NCBI GenBank assembly: GCA_030770535.1
Contig: JASVEC010000011.1
Coordinates: 310,001-374,000 of the forward strand
Direction of reading: 5' to 3'
Length of the DNA stretch: 64,000 nt
Source of the DNA: Batkoa obscura
Taxonomy: Eukaryota
The notes under the pieces are model-generated. The model was not told where the DNA came from and made no database searches. It saw only the letters and a program-made list of their open reading frames with translations. The translations under genes were made by a program, and so were the position numbers. This document shows, piece after piece, positions 11,361 to 23,874 of this stretch (positions are counted from its first letter, which is position 1; each line of letters begins with the position of its first letter).

Positions 11361-13189
11361 ATGGAAGAAACAATAAGCTACAGGAGGACAAATAGGAAAG
11401 ATCTTGAAAACGAAGATGTAGAAAGCGTCTCGGATTCGAGTAATTTAGGCATAAAAGACAAAGTGGGTACCAAAAAGATAAAAAATGAAAACTCCCCATT
11501 AATTACACCAACTTTATCCAATAAAGGGATAGAAGAGCCTTTAGAGTTAGAAGACTTAAACAAGATCAACTCTGAGATAGAAAATGTTGAAATAAAAGCA
11601 GACAAAAGAAGATGGCTTGTACTCTTATTATTCAGTATGGTAACCTTTTCAAGCGCTCTAGCTTGGATCACCTATGCTCCTTCCGCTGATACCTTCTCAA
11701 AATATTACCATTTGGAATCTACTTATTACATTAATTTCTTATCCACTATTTATATGATTACTTATCCTCCATTCTTGTTACCTGCTTTATATCTTTCACA
11801 ATTGTTCCTTAGCTTGGAATATAGAAGATATAATAAAGCTGATAATTCTGGCTTTGGATATGGATTAAAATTCGCTTTGATCTTTTCTTGTAGTTTACAT
11901 GTACTTGGATGCTGGATAAGATACCTTGCATTTGAAAATTTTGTAGTTAATTTTATTGGTCAAGCTGTGGCTTCCCTTTGTCAGGTGTTCACTTTAGGTA
12001 AATAGCTTTATATATTAAGTCGCTTTTTTACTAAATTCAATTAGGTATGCCCCCTAAGCTTGCTTCAGTTTGGTTTCCAAATAACGAACAAAACTTGGCT
12101 ATTTCCATCGGTGTCACTTCTAATGTGTTCGGGTCGGCAGTTGGGTAAGCATTCTTTAAATCATTTTTAGCTTTGCTTATTTTTGGATAGGTTTTTGTTA
12201 ACCCCTGCTTCCGTTGATCCAGAGAACATAACTGGTTCAATTCCTTATTACTTATTAGGCCAAGTAAATTTTATTTGGTTATTGCTAAGTATATTTATTA
12301 AATGTTTTAGTCGATCGCATTTTCTGTTTTATTGTTGGCCATCATATTTCTAATGCCTCTTGCTCCAACCTATAGATCAAAGTAATTTATTTGATGATTT
12401 ATTATTTTATGTTTATATTTAATACTTTATTAGCAACCAAACCTTTATTGAACCAACGGCCAAATCTTTAATAACAAGTATTAAAGAGTTATTGACCACT
12501 TTTACCTTTCAATGTTTTTCTTTAAGCTATGGTTTATTTATTGGTGTCCAATACGCCGTACAAACTTTAATATCAATTATTGTCCTACCTGTGTTTTTAG
12601 ATACAGATGAAGTATTATTTTCTTTATTTAACATCTATGATGCTAACTTTATTTTGTAGTCACAAGTAGGCTGGCTCGGCTTCTGGATGTTAATAGCTGG
12701 TATCATTACCTCTGTAGTTGCCTGTTATTTCCTTGATCGTATCCCTCATTACTTCACGGTTTCCCTCACCCTATTTGTGTTGACTGTTGTGTCTTTACTT
12801 GCCATCAACCTTTCTTTAGAATATCAAATCTACCCCGTATTATACGTAGGAAGGTAACTTTAATATTTTATTTATCTATTTCAACAACTAATTAATTTTT
12901 TAGTATATTATATGGTATGTCTTCAGCTGCCTTAATGCCTATCATGTTCCAATATGGTAGTATTTTATATTCCCGTCATGATGAAAACACCATCACTGGA
13001 CTTTTGAATAGTATTGCTCAACTGTTTGGTATTTTGTTGATTACGGTGATGGCTACTTTAGAAGAAAAAGTCCCTGTCATCGGACAGTCTCATTATACAA
13101 TGAGATCTGCTTGTTGGATATTGTTTGGTACTAATTTCCTTGCTATGTGCTTGTTCACCCTTTCTAAAGTTAGAAATAAGGGAGATTAA
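11361..13189 (+). CDS. MFS transporter, SLC49 family (FLVCR/DIRC2/MFSD7-like)
   Basis: KRRWLVLLLFS, WITYAP, GQAVASLCQVFTLGMPPKLASVWFPNNEQNLA, multiple hydrophobic TM segments, TGLLNSIAQLFG. Confidence 0.85.
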
Positions 13190-13447
13190 TATGTTGTCTT
13201 TAATAAAAATTAATAATAGAAAGTATGTTAAAACAAACAGCGACTATTTATATTAAAAAGTATTTTATTAATTTTATTAATTTTATTACTTAAAAAATTT
13301 GATATAAACGAATCTAAATACATCTCAATTTCTTATATACAGCTTTATTAAATATTGAATATGCTAACTTGATTCATTTAAAATTTAAACTGCTAATTCC
13401 AATATCCAAATTGACAATTTATACTAATAATGAGCCTATACATTGGA

Positions 13448-13696
13448 TTAAGTTGATCCTAATACCTTATTACATTTTTTACAAACAATATTTTTTGATC
13501 TAAAACAAAACACTGGGAGTATGAGAAACGCTAATAGTAGCTGATATGTTTTATAATGATATCGGATATCATGTAGTCCACCAGTGGGACAAGGACCGTA
13601 CTGGTAAGCCAATGGGTCGATAATAGGTTGCCCGTAAGCATTGGTAGATACTTGTGCGGAGTTGTTGTATTTATTACTTGTGCCGGGATAGCTCAT
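13448..13696 (-). CDS. BRI3 (brain protein I3)/LITAF-like small zinc-binding membrane protein
   Basis: 82 aa; Tyr/Pro/Gln N-terminus, CPTGGLH knuckle, hydrophobic LLLAFLILPVFCF, then CKKC. Confidence 0.65.
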   Translation of the reverse strand: MSYPGTSNKYNNSAQVSTNAYGQPIIDPLAYQYGPCPTGGLHDIRYHYKTYQLLLAFLILPVFCFRSKNIVCKKCNKVLGST

Positions 13697-14308
13697 TATT
13701 GTTGAAAGTGATAATTTATGTGTCTAAAGTTTAAAAATGAAAAATGTGATACAGTTAAAATATAAAGTCATTTTTATGATGGAGTTTAAATTTGCATCAA
13801 AACTTAATTGATATTATGATGTAATTCTAAGGAAATTAAGTTTGGAAAAGAAATTTCTTAAGTGGGAAGTGGAAGCGAAGCTTAAAGCAGAGTATTTCAG
13901 TCCAAAGCTACCAGGTTTCTTTTAGACAGTTGCCAACTTTAGAAATTTTGGTTGCCAAGCTCTCATTAAATATTTGTACAATTTTATCTCATAAGAAAGT
14001 TTTGATCTGGTAAAAGTTGAGAACAGTTTTCGAAAAGTCGGTAATTAAAACAATATCAATTTTGGGCTAAAAATGCTGTATTAATTATATATATGTTTAG
14101 TAACATTGATACATTTTATTTTTTTACAATAAAATAATACTGTTTTTAACAAGAAATTAGTCTTCTAGTTAAATTCTTAAATTTTCTATCCTTTTTATTT
14201 TTTACGAGTTCAAGCTATTTAAAAACTATACCATATTTAAGTACTATTTAATTCTTATTTTAAGGTTGAATATAAGCTTGCTGTCAATATTGCCAACTAT
14301 CAATATAT

Positions 14309-14405
14309 GGGGATGTATTTTTGTGTTTAAGAATTTTACTAACAATTTTTCCGCTCAAATAGCACTTAAAAGATGGAAAAAATGATGAAGCCAAAAAAAA
14401 CCCCC
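14309..14405 (-). mobile_element. MITE copy in reverse orientation
   Basis: GGGGATGTATTTTTGTGTTTAAGAATTTTACTAACAATTTTTCCGCTCAAATAGCACTTAAAAGATGGAAAAAATGATGAAGCCAAAAAAAACCCCC is the reverse complement of the family; flanks ATAT / GTAT (one mismatch). Confidence 0.85.
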
Positions 14406-15180
14406 GTATACTAACAAAGATTATAAACTTATATTTGGGTTATTTTATTAATATTTATGATCCTATCACTATTTAAACTTATAGAAATTTTGATAAAATG
14501 TGCTTTAATGACCCCTATTCTTGGATTTTACCCATGTTTTACATGCTTATGTAAATCTTAACGTAAATTTAGACTCTTAGTTTAATTTATTGTATAAGAA
14601 TAAACATTAAAAAATTAGATTTCTTAAAAAAATGTATTAGCAATATAAAAATTGAATATTCAATGCTACTTTTTATACACCAAGATTAGATGTACAACAT
14701 AATTCATTAATTAATATATAGGAATCCAAACGTCAAAACCTAAGCAATTATAAAGTTCGTTTTAAAAAATCTGCCTTCCAAATTTGAATGTAAATCAGTT
14801 TTATCATTGGCATAATGTAAAAACATGATTGACGGTGGGGAATTTAATAAAAAATTATAAGGAAATTAAAGTTAGCTTCCCTAGAGAGTTCAAAAATCCC
14901 CTATTAAATAAGCCTATAATTCTCCCCACATTATGTAAAATAAAAGATTAAGCCAAGATTAAGGGGTAAGGAGGTAAGAAATAAAGTTAAGAACGAATAT
15001 TAACTAAGATATAAAATTAAAAATACTACAACTCATTTTTCCCTTTTAACTCAACTATAATTGTTATATTATACGCATACAATTATACATTCATATACAT
15101 ACATACATTAAGATATACATACATTAAAATATTCAAACATTAGACTCAAAAAAATTAATTACCTATAATATCCAACAGTA

Positions 15181-16461
15181 ATGCCATCCTTACTTAAAAA
15201 GATCACCAACTTTAAACCATTTCAAAAAAAGAAGCCGGTATTCTTACAGGGTATCAAAGTCCAAGCATTGACTGGAGACAGTATTTTGATCACCGATCTA
15301 TGGAAAAATAATACTGTGATTCTTAAAGTATTACGTAGATTTGGCTGTCCATTATGTCGGTAATTTTTAATTGTATGTTGAATATTAAATAATTATTAAA
15401 AACCTATGCTTAGTTATGAGTCCAGATTGCTCTCCAATTTAAAACCAGAGTTTGGTAAGTGTTGGAAGTGTTTTCTAGTAGACAAATAATTAACAGATTC
15501 CATTAGATAAACTTGGCGTAAGATTGATAGGCATTGGATTTGAAGAAGTTGGACTTCAGGTAGATTTAGCTATATGATAGATAAAATTAACTAATTATTT
15601 ATAAACAAACTACATTAGGAATTTATAGATGGTAAATATTGGGAATGGGAGTTGTTTTTAGACACAGATAAGACTGTACATAAAGCATTGGGCTTAACCA
15701 AAATGTCCATCCTTGTTGGTCTATCCGATTTGCTCACTTCTGCATCAAGTATGACTGTCATCACATCCTTTTTAAAAATACTAATATCATTAATAGGAGC
15801 CGCTGTTTCTGCTGCCCTTAAATTAGGTATCAGTGGTGATTTTGTAAGTCTTTTTTTGCCTTTTTTTAATGCTTTTACTTACTTTTATTTAGAATGGAGA
15901 TGGATTGTAATCACTTAATTTATTAATAACTATATACATATATTAAACAAATAATAGTCAATTAGGTGGGACATACGTAGTTGGGGCTGAGGAAAAGGGG
16001 TTGTTATACGAGTATAAACAAACGGTAAATAAATGTATAGTTAATTTGGCATAACACTAATAAGACATAGGGAGCGGCCATTTTTCCATCAATCAAGTCT
16101 GTGTTTAAAGCATGTGGCGGAAACCCAGATAATGTTGAAGATGTAACCGGTTCTATTAAACACTTTAAGTCAATACTAACGTTTTTACTAGATGGCACCA
16201 GAAGAGTGTATCTTCTATCAAGAGTCGGTATTATCAAAGTCACAACCAGGTTCGGAAACGAGTTCATTAAGATCAGGAAATACAATGAAAAGTGCAAAAA
16301 CAAGTCAAACGAAACAAACGAAAAATTCGGGCTCGGATATCAGTTCGATTGCCTCGGTGACAGACCTTTCAAGCTTAAACTTCAATAAATCTGAATACAC
16401 TGAAGATTCGGATGGTGATACAGAGTATGATTCATTCGACGAATTATCCGTTTATGATTAA
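15181..16461 (+). CDS. Peroxiredoxin-like 2 (AhpC-TSA_2 / FAM213) redoxin, closest in motifs to PRXL2B; 8 introns; Ser-rich acidic tail
   Basis: DLWKNNTVILKVLRRFGCPLCR (CxxC, both TGT), GLQEFIDGKYWEWELFLD, GISGDFNGDGFQLGGTYVV. Confidence 0.85.
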
Positions 16462-16566
16462 GTGTTTATGCAGCTTTGGTTTTACTGCTCTTTTTTGTCA
16501 CCTTTAAATAAATATAAAATATAATGATTAAAATTAAAAACAAAAACTTTATAAGTTTAAATAATT

Positions 16567-16976
16567 TCATTCGTCATATTTTACTTTATTTGTAAATAGA
16601 TAGCTATGCTTTTCACCCACAATCTGGTATCCTAAAGGTCCTTTCTCACAATCGGCACAAGCTAAAAACTTAAATTTGTCTTTATAAAGTTTCGAGTAGG
16701 AGATATTATCAAAATCAAATACATCCGCTATTTTCCAACACTCCGTACTTGATTTTTCTGGATAATCCTAAATAATAAAGTTTAGCTGTAGTCAGTATAG
16801 TGTACTTATGTTTTGATTTTATTCTAGGAAACTAAACTAACCTCTGGTAGCTCAACGTTGGCCACTAATTCCGCTTTGTTTCTTTGTAGTATTAAACTTT
16901 TGCAACTTGGTTCTATACATCTTAACCTATTGCCATTTTTATTGCTTTCAGTAATCGCATAAGTTGTTTCAGGCAT
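16567..16976 (-). CDS. Mss4/Dss4 (RABIF) Rab guanine-nucleotide-free chaperone, 1 intron
   Basis: NGNRLRCIEPSCKSLIL...WKIADVFDFDNISYSK...KFLACADCEKGPLGY, the Mss4 zinc-binding motifs. Confidence 0.9.
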
Positions 16977-17289
16977 TTTTTGCTGTATGTATTGAAATAA
17001 ATTAATGACTAAGATAGATAATGAGATTGAGTTCTTAACATTGTATTTGAGCTTGATGGCTTGATGAGGTGCTATAATTTTTTCAGCCAATAAAATAGTC
17101 ATAACTTTGACCAATGAGGAATTTACTATGTGTCACAACTCAAAAAAACAAAAATAGATGTAAGCAAAACTCAGCTTAGATTAGTACTAAACCCAAATCA
17201 ACACAAGGCATTAAACATAAATATAACAGCCATACACAGTAGTTTAAAAAACTGTGAGCTTTTTTAAAAAAATAATAATAAAGCTAAAT

Positions 17290-17388
17290 GAGGATGTTTT
17301 TTTTGGTTTCATTATTTTTTCTATCTTCTAAGCGCTATTTAAGTGGAAAAATTGTTAGTAAAATTCTTAAACATAAAAATACATCCCC
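17290..17388 (+). mobile_element. MITE copy with AAAT target-site duplication
   Basis: GAGGATGTTTTTTTTGGTTTCATTA...AAAATTCTTAAACATAAAAATACATCCCC, flanked by AAAT at 17286-17289 and 17389-17392. Confidence 0.88.
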
Positions 17389-18810
17389 AAATATTATTTA
17401 AGATTTTACCAGATTACTGTCCAAGTCAGAGACGTTAACAATATATTAAATATATAAAATAGGCCATTAATTAATTTTATACAGCATTTTAAAAGCATTA
17501 ATTAATCCTAGAGTCTATTAATTCTATATTACTAATATTTTAATTTCAGGGTTACTGAAAATAGAAACAATTTGATATATACATTATAGCATGCCTAAAT
17601 TTAAAATTAATATTTTTTATGAACAGTTTGATGTAGCTATTTATAAAATTATTATAAATAAAGACCAAGTGTTTTATTTTTTATTTTTTATTTTTTATTT
17701 TTTATTTATTTAGATGTGATTTTTGTATTTAAGCATATTATTATATTGAATAACCATTTGGTCTTAATTGTCTTTTATGAATATTTTAAACTATTACCAA
17801 ATAAAGTACATTCGATTCTAATTTTAATTTAATATTTTCTTATTTATACATTATTTATTTTTTATAGTTTATTATGTTGCTTTAGCAGCTGGAAAGTAAT
17901 TAAAAATATTAATTTAAATAACTTATTCATTATGTATATACTAACAGGATTAAAAATTAAAGACAAAATTTTTATAAAGTTGACCAAGTTTTAAAAATTA
18001 AAAATAGAGAAAATCAGAAAAAAATACTAAAAGAATAAAAAAAGATAGAACTTTCTTCTTCTCTCTTTTAGATATTAAAAACTTCATAAAAATTTTACTT
18101 ATAGTCATTCAAAAAAATCTTTTTATAAAACTTAACTTACTAAAAAAGGTTTTATTAACCAACTTAGTAACGATCTTGCTTTTCATGAATTACAAAAGCT
18201 CACGTAGTAGTAGTCCTGGACTGCACCTTTCTGATAATATATTTGTTTTTTTTATATCACTTAAAAAAATCTAAAGTATTTAATAAAATGTTAACTTTGC
18301 AGTTTTTAAAATATAAAATTAATTAAAAGTCTTATTTTTTTATAGACTTTTACCTTTATATTCAGATTAATTGAAAGCTAGTAAAAGTACATCAGTAATT
18401 TGTTATGAACTATAGTGTTATATAAAAAAGTATAAATATTTCGTTGATAAAATTTTATAAAACTTAATTTTTTTATTTTTTGGTTTTGCTAATAATTAGA
18501 AATACCTAATAATAAGTCAGTAATTTTAATTTAAATAAACTAATAAATTTGCTTTTAAAACTTACTTGAGTTAATTATTAAGTAAACTATTTTTTTATAT
18601 AAACATTAAAATTACTTTAAATTAACCATTGCGTTATTGTATTTTGAAAGTGTATCAAATTATTTGAGATCACTTACCCAGATCTATCTTTAACCCTTAA
18701 ATTTCTTGCTTTTAAATTGTTATAAGTAACATGTAGTAATTTCTGAAAGAGCACTTTTTTCTGAATAAATTGTTATAAGTTCATAAATTTTTTTAAATAC
18801 ATGATTAAAG

Positions 18811-18846
18811 TTTTTATTTTTATTTTTATTTTTATTTTTATTTTTA

Positions 18847-18877
<31 letters not shown>

Positions 18878-18885
18878 TTTATTTT
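18811..18885. repeat. (TTTTTA)n hexanucleotide microsatellite
   Basis: About 12 tandem TTTTTA units read directly. Confidence 0.9.
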
Positions 18886-19264
18886 CATTTTCAAATTTTA
18901 GTTTATAAATCCAATATCAATTTTTTTCAAATTTAATATAATATCGCCATGAGGAATAAAGCTGGAAACTTGAAAATTTACCACAATAAAGATTATATTT
19001 AATATCTATGTAAGTTTCATAAATTTTCAAGATGTCTTTAAAGAGTTGCAAAATTTTTCTTAAAACTTTTGGTTTGATTTATGCTAGTTTTGTTGATAGA
19101 TAAGGGTTGGAAACAGTTTATAAATTATAGTTTAAAAGCTCGGGCTATTTATCTATACATTCAAAGCTTATTAGACTTTATAGCTTTATTATGAAAATAT
19201 AAAAAAAAACGATATAGCTTAAACTAAGTAGTAGTTTAAGTGAGGTACTTATAGTGCTATTTGT

Positions 19265-19265
<1 letters not shown>

Positions 19266-19311
<46 letters not shown>
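19266..19311. repeat. (TAA)n microsatellite
   Basis: About 15 perfect TAA units upstream of the PMT gene. Confidence 0.95.
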
Positions 19312-19312
<1 letters not shown>

Positions 19313-19734
19313 TGGTATATTTTAAATTTATTTATTTTCATTTATCTTATTGCTTTTACATTCAGAATTTTCCTACAAATATATTCTATTTATAACATTA
19401 ATCGATATTTATTAATAGAAATAATTTATTGGCAATTCAGCTATGTCTCAAACAAAGGATACTGATAGCAAATCAATCAAAACTTTTAATAAGAAGACGT
19501 TTAGTAATTGGTTAAACTGATAGACGTCAACAATTTTTTTTGTCAAAATGTAGTATCTTTTGATTGGACCTATAAAAAATTTCCTAACCATTAATAAAAC
19601 AATAATTAGCTCTTGTTATTATTAGTTGATAGTTGGAAAGTAAGTATTTTAATAAGTATTGTTTATATAATATAAAGTTGATATTCTTTTTTAAAATACA
19701 ATCAAAACCATCATTAATAGATTAAAAGTAGAAA

Positions 19735-22700
19735 ATGAACACTGATACCGATACGCTTCGGTACCGAGGTGCAAAGCCTGTTCCAAGTGAAAAAGCAGAA
19801 AGCAAAGACAATAATTATACCTCTCATCCAAGCAACAAAGATGAAGGAGAGTATCTCTTTTTAAGTAAAAAAATCAACAACGATAGTGAAATAGCTCAAG
19901 AAGTAATTTTCTAATTTTTTTAAAAATAATAATAAATTAATTTCATTTCTAGATTACTACCGATAACTCATATAAAGGACTTGCCCTAGTGGTAATCTTA
20001 ACAGCATTATCGTTTTTTACTAGACTTTATAAAATTACAATGAGTAATAAAGTGGTTTGGGATGAGGTAGTATAAATAGTTTTAGTACTTTAAATATAAT
20101 AACTGACATCTATTAATAGGCTCATTTTGGAAAGGTAAAACAACTATTTAATATAAAAATTTAAATATTTATATAACACTTCATATTTTTTATACAGTTT
20201 GGTGCATATTATATCGTTCATTTCTTTTATCATGATGTGCATCCGCCACTTGGTAAAATGTTAGTTGGTTTAGGTGGATATATTTCAGGAAGCAATGGCA
20301 CATTTAAATTTGATTCTGGTCAACAATATCCAGAAGATTTAAATTATGGATTTCAAAGAGCTTTCCATGCATTTTTTGGTATTATTATGGTACCTTTAGC
20401 CTATGGCACCGCTAGAAATATGGGTATGTCTCGTAAAGCTGCTTTCTTAGCTGGAGTTATGGTATTATTTGGTATGTCAATACTCTATTAATGTAAATTA
20501 TTATTTATTCTAATATTATTTGTTTAGATAATGCTCTTTGCGTGATTAGTCGTTTTGTTTTGTTAGATTCTATGGTACTTGGTTTTAGTGCTTTATCCTT
20601 TTATTTTATTACTGGGTTTCATGCTAATCGTGACAAGTAAGTTCTATTTATGACACAGCAATTATATAATTTTAATCTAATCATTAATTTAATAGACCAT
20701 TTTCTTTAACATGGTTTTATTGGTTAATTGGTACTGGTATATCTCTTGGCTTAGCATCAGGTGTTAAATGGATTGGTTTCTTTACAGTTGCCTTGGTTGG
20801 ATACTATACAATTGAAGATTTGTATGAGAAATTCGGAAATAAGAAAATTACTACTACTTCCTACCTTGGTCATTGGGTAGCACGTATCATTGGCCTTATC
20901 GTTATACCAGTTTTAATCTATATGGCTTCCTTTTATGTTCATTTCAAATTACTGTCTCGTTCTGGTGACGGTGACTCTAATATGCCTTCTCTTTTCCAAG
21001 CTGGACTTGAAGGTTCTCCAATTGGAAAAGGTCCACTTGAAGTTGCTTATGGGTCAAAAGTTACTATTAAAAGTTATTCCTTTGGTGGCGCTCTTCTTCA
21101 CTCTCATCCTTCCCTTTATCCAGAAGGTTCTAAACAGCATCAAATTACTACTTATGCTCATTCAGACAGTAATAATGATTGGGTATTTTTAAGAGATCAT
21201 ACTACTACCTTAGCTCGTAAAAATAAAAATAAAGTTGAAGAAGAGGGATCTGATTCAGGTGAATCCGAAGAACCTAAGAAGGAAGAAGATAAATCTGATG
21301 AAGCTAAAGTTGAAGAAGACAAGGGAGGAAAAGCCCCTGAAAAGAAAAATGATACAGTAGAAAATAAGGAGCCTGAAGTTAAAGAAAATGTCAAAGAAGA
21401 AAAACCTAAACGTAAATTAGTACGTCGTGGTCTTGATGATATTGAAAGCCCGGAGAAGCCCGATAGTCCACCTAAACCTAAGGTTCCAGATGAGCCTAAA
21501 CTAAACACTGCTGAAAAAAAAGTAGAAAATTCATTAAAAGAAGAAGTAAGTGAAAACAAAGTAAAAGAATCTGGACTAAAGAAAGGAAGTCAACAAAAGG
21601 TAGAAGAAGAAAATTTAGATGAAATGAAAGTTTCTATTTTACCAGTTATTGAAGAAAGTGTTGTTGCTGATCCAACCGATGAAGGTAAGGATGTTAAAGT
21701 AGATCCATCAAAACAAGTATCAAGTGATAAGCCAATAGCTAAAAATAATGAGGCTAAATGTCAAGAACCTTCTATTGGCTCTGAGGGTACTGAAAAAGAT
21801 AAAAAGACTGATAAGGAAGAGGAAGTAAAACTAGAAGCTAATCAAAAGGCTGATAAAAAGGACGATGTAAAAGAAAGCAATCAAGGTAAAAAAGAAGATG
21901 AAAAAGAAGATAAAAAAGAAGATAAAGAAAAGGAAGAAGAAAAGGAAGAAGAAAAGGAAGAAGAGCCTGAAAAACCATCTTATGTTAATGATTATCTTGA
22001 TGCTGATGAAGATCTTGAAAAAGAAGTACAATTAATTCGCAATGGAGATATTATCCGACTTAGTCATATAGGAACTAAAGCTAATTTACATTCACATAAT
22101 ATACCCGCCCCAGTATCAAAAAAAGATTATGAAGTGAGTGGGTATGCATCGCGTTATTCTGGAGATTCTAATGATCATTGGATTGTTGAAATTTATGACG
22201 ATCTTGTTGGAAATAAGGATGGAGTATTAAGAATCTTGTCTACACGTTTTAAGTTAAGACACAATAATACTGGTTGCTACCTTACTTCTACTGGTAACAG
22301 ATTACCAGATTGGGGATTTAGTCAAGGCGAGGTAACTTGTAAAAAGAAACCAACATCATCTGATAATACTCTTTGGAATATTGAAGCTCATTGGAACAAA
22401 AGATGTAAGTTAAAACTTATAGTTTTTGCATTTGATTTCTAACATCTTATTAGTACAAGAACCAGCTGAAGGTTCACGTTTAAAGTCACCTTTCCTTAAA
22501 AATTTCTTCCATTTGAATGTTGCTATGTGGAATACTAATAATGCTCTTACTCCTGATGAAGATAAATTTGATGCACTTACTTCTCAACCTTATCACTGGC
22601 CTTTAATGCTTAAAGGCATTCGTATGTGTGGTTGGGGCGATACTGATATTAAGTTCTATATGCTTGGTAATCCATTGGTCTGGTGGTCATCTACTTTAGC

Positions 22701-23146
22701 TTTAGTAATACTTGTTTCATTCAATATATTTTATATGATTAGGTTTAAGCGTCGTTTCCGTGAATGGTATAAAGGTAACAAAGTATTAACTATTTTACTA
22801 TTATATACTAATTTAACTAGATGAATGGGAACATTTTGTGTATGTTACCAAGATGATTATCCTAGGTTGGTTCTTCCAATACTTCCCATATTATATAATG
22901 GGACGTGTTATGTATGTTCATCATTATTTTCCAGCTCTTTATTTTGCTATCTTTGCCCTCCCATTTATCTTAGATCATATCACTAAGCGTTCATCTCCCC
23001 AAGTTCAATTGATTGTATTTTCTGTTGTTACTATTGCTATTACAGTAGTTTTTATTTACTTTTCACCAATGACTTTTGGTATGGATTTCCCATCCAGTGA
23101 ATTTAAATCTCGTAATTGGTTACCCACTTGGAAATTGGTCGATTAA
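19735..23146 (+). CDS. Dolichyl-phosphate-mannose:protein O-mannosyltransferase (PMT2/PMT1 subfamily) with a large charged insert in the MIR domain
   Basis: VVWDEAHFGKFG, DVHPPLGKML, SRFVLLDS, SGDGDSNMPSLFQA, MIR repeats (LLHSH, QQITTY-type HQITTY, NLHSH, LPDWGFSQGEV), MWNTNNALTPD, GIRMCGW, MGRVMYVHHYFPALYF. Confidence 0.95.
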
Positions 23147-23275
23147 ATGCATGTGAAAGTGGTTAATAAAGATTGATGCTTAACTATAATTATTTTGTAT
23201 TCCTTTTCACTTTGAAATTTATTATTTAAAAAATATAGTTTAAAGTTTTATATTAATGTTTCATTTTATAGATTT

Positions 23276-23367
23276 GGAGATGCCTTTTTCGTTTAAAACT
23301 CACTAATATTTTTTTGCTCAATAACATTCAAAAAATTGAAGAGTGATGAAACCGAAAAACATTCTCC
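23276..23367 (-). mobile_element. Degenerate MITE copy in reverse orientation, next to the tRNA
   Basis: GGAGATGCCTTTTTCGTTTAAAA...CACTAATATTTTTTTGCTCAATAAC...TGATGAAACCGAAAAACATTCTCC aligns by eye with the 14309 copy, with many substitutions. Confidence 0.6.
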
Positions 23368-23404
23368 TCCAATTGAGGAATATTGGGAGGGGACTCGTTA
23401 TAAA

Positions 23405-23476
23405 AGGGCGCACCCGGATTTGAACCAGGGACCTATCGATCTGCAGTCGATTGCTCTACCACTGAGCTATACGCCC
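23405..23476 (-). tRNA. tRNA-Cys (GCA), intronless
   Basis: Reverse complement GGGCGTATAGCTCAGTGGTAGAGCAATCGACTGCAGATCGATAGGTCCCTGGTTCAAATCCGGGTGCGCCCT folds as a cloverleaf with anticodon GCA, A-box, GGTTCAAATCC B-box, U discriminator and a short T run. Confidence 0.97.
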
Positions 23477-23874
23477 TTGTTAGTGAACGCACAATTAATT
23501 ATATAATTTGTTAAAAACACCAGCGTTATATGAGTTTTTAAAAAGTGCTTGTTTATAATATTATTATTCTCCCAAGTTACTGCTAAAAGAAACTGAATCA
23601 AGGATGAAAAGGATGACAATGAAGCTCATTTAAAAGGAAAAGAAAATTTATAGAGAGATGTTGATATGGCTTTAATTAGATCCATTTCCCACAAATTCTT
23701 TCCTTGCTTTTGCTGGATTTAGTTAAACATATGAAAGGGAGAGCTTAATCAGGTAAGCATTTCGTCCATAAAGATGAATACTGAAAAGAGCTAAACTTCA
23801 CAGTTATCAATATTACTTTTAACTTTAATAATAAAAGGACTTTTTTAGTATATACAGTTTTAATAAATTTATAT

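Noticed and set aside
15331..15362. Possible selenoprotein (SelenoU-like UxxC) in the FAM213-family gene
   Set aside because: Both redox positions are TGT Cys; no in-frame TGA in the spliced model and no SECIS recognised. The tRNA in the window is a normal 72-nt tRNA-Cys, not tRNA-Sec.
16824..17114. 96-aa ORF as the full Mss4 N-terminus
   Set aside because: The track uses an upstream TTG; family similarity begins at the ATG at 16976 (AAAA-ATG context), and the ORF end runs into an intron.
21197..22031. Antisense ORFs over the PMT insert, and similar ones over Tpr/Mlp, TCAIM-like, RPL22, CCT4 and PPR genes
   Set aside because: Phe/Ser/Leu-rich shadows of Lys/Glu-rich sense codons; no independent coding signal.
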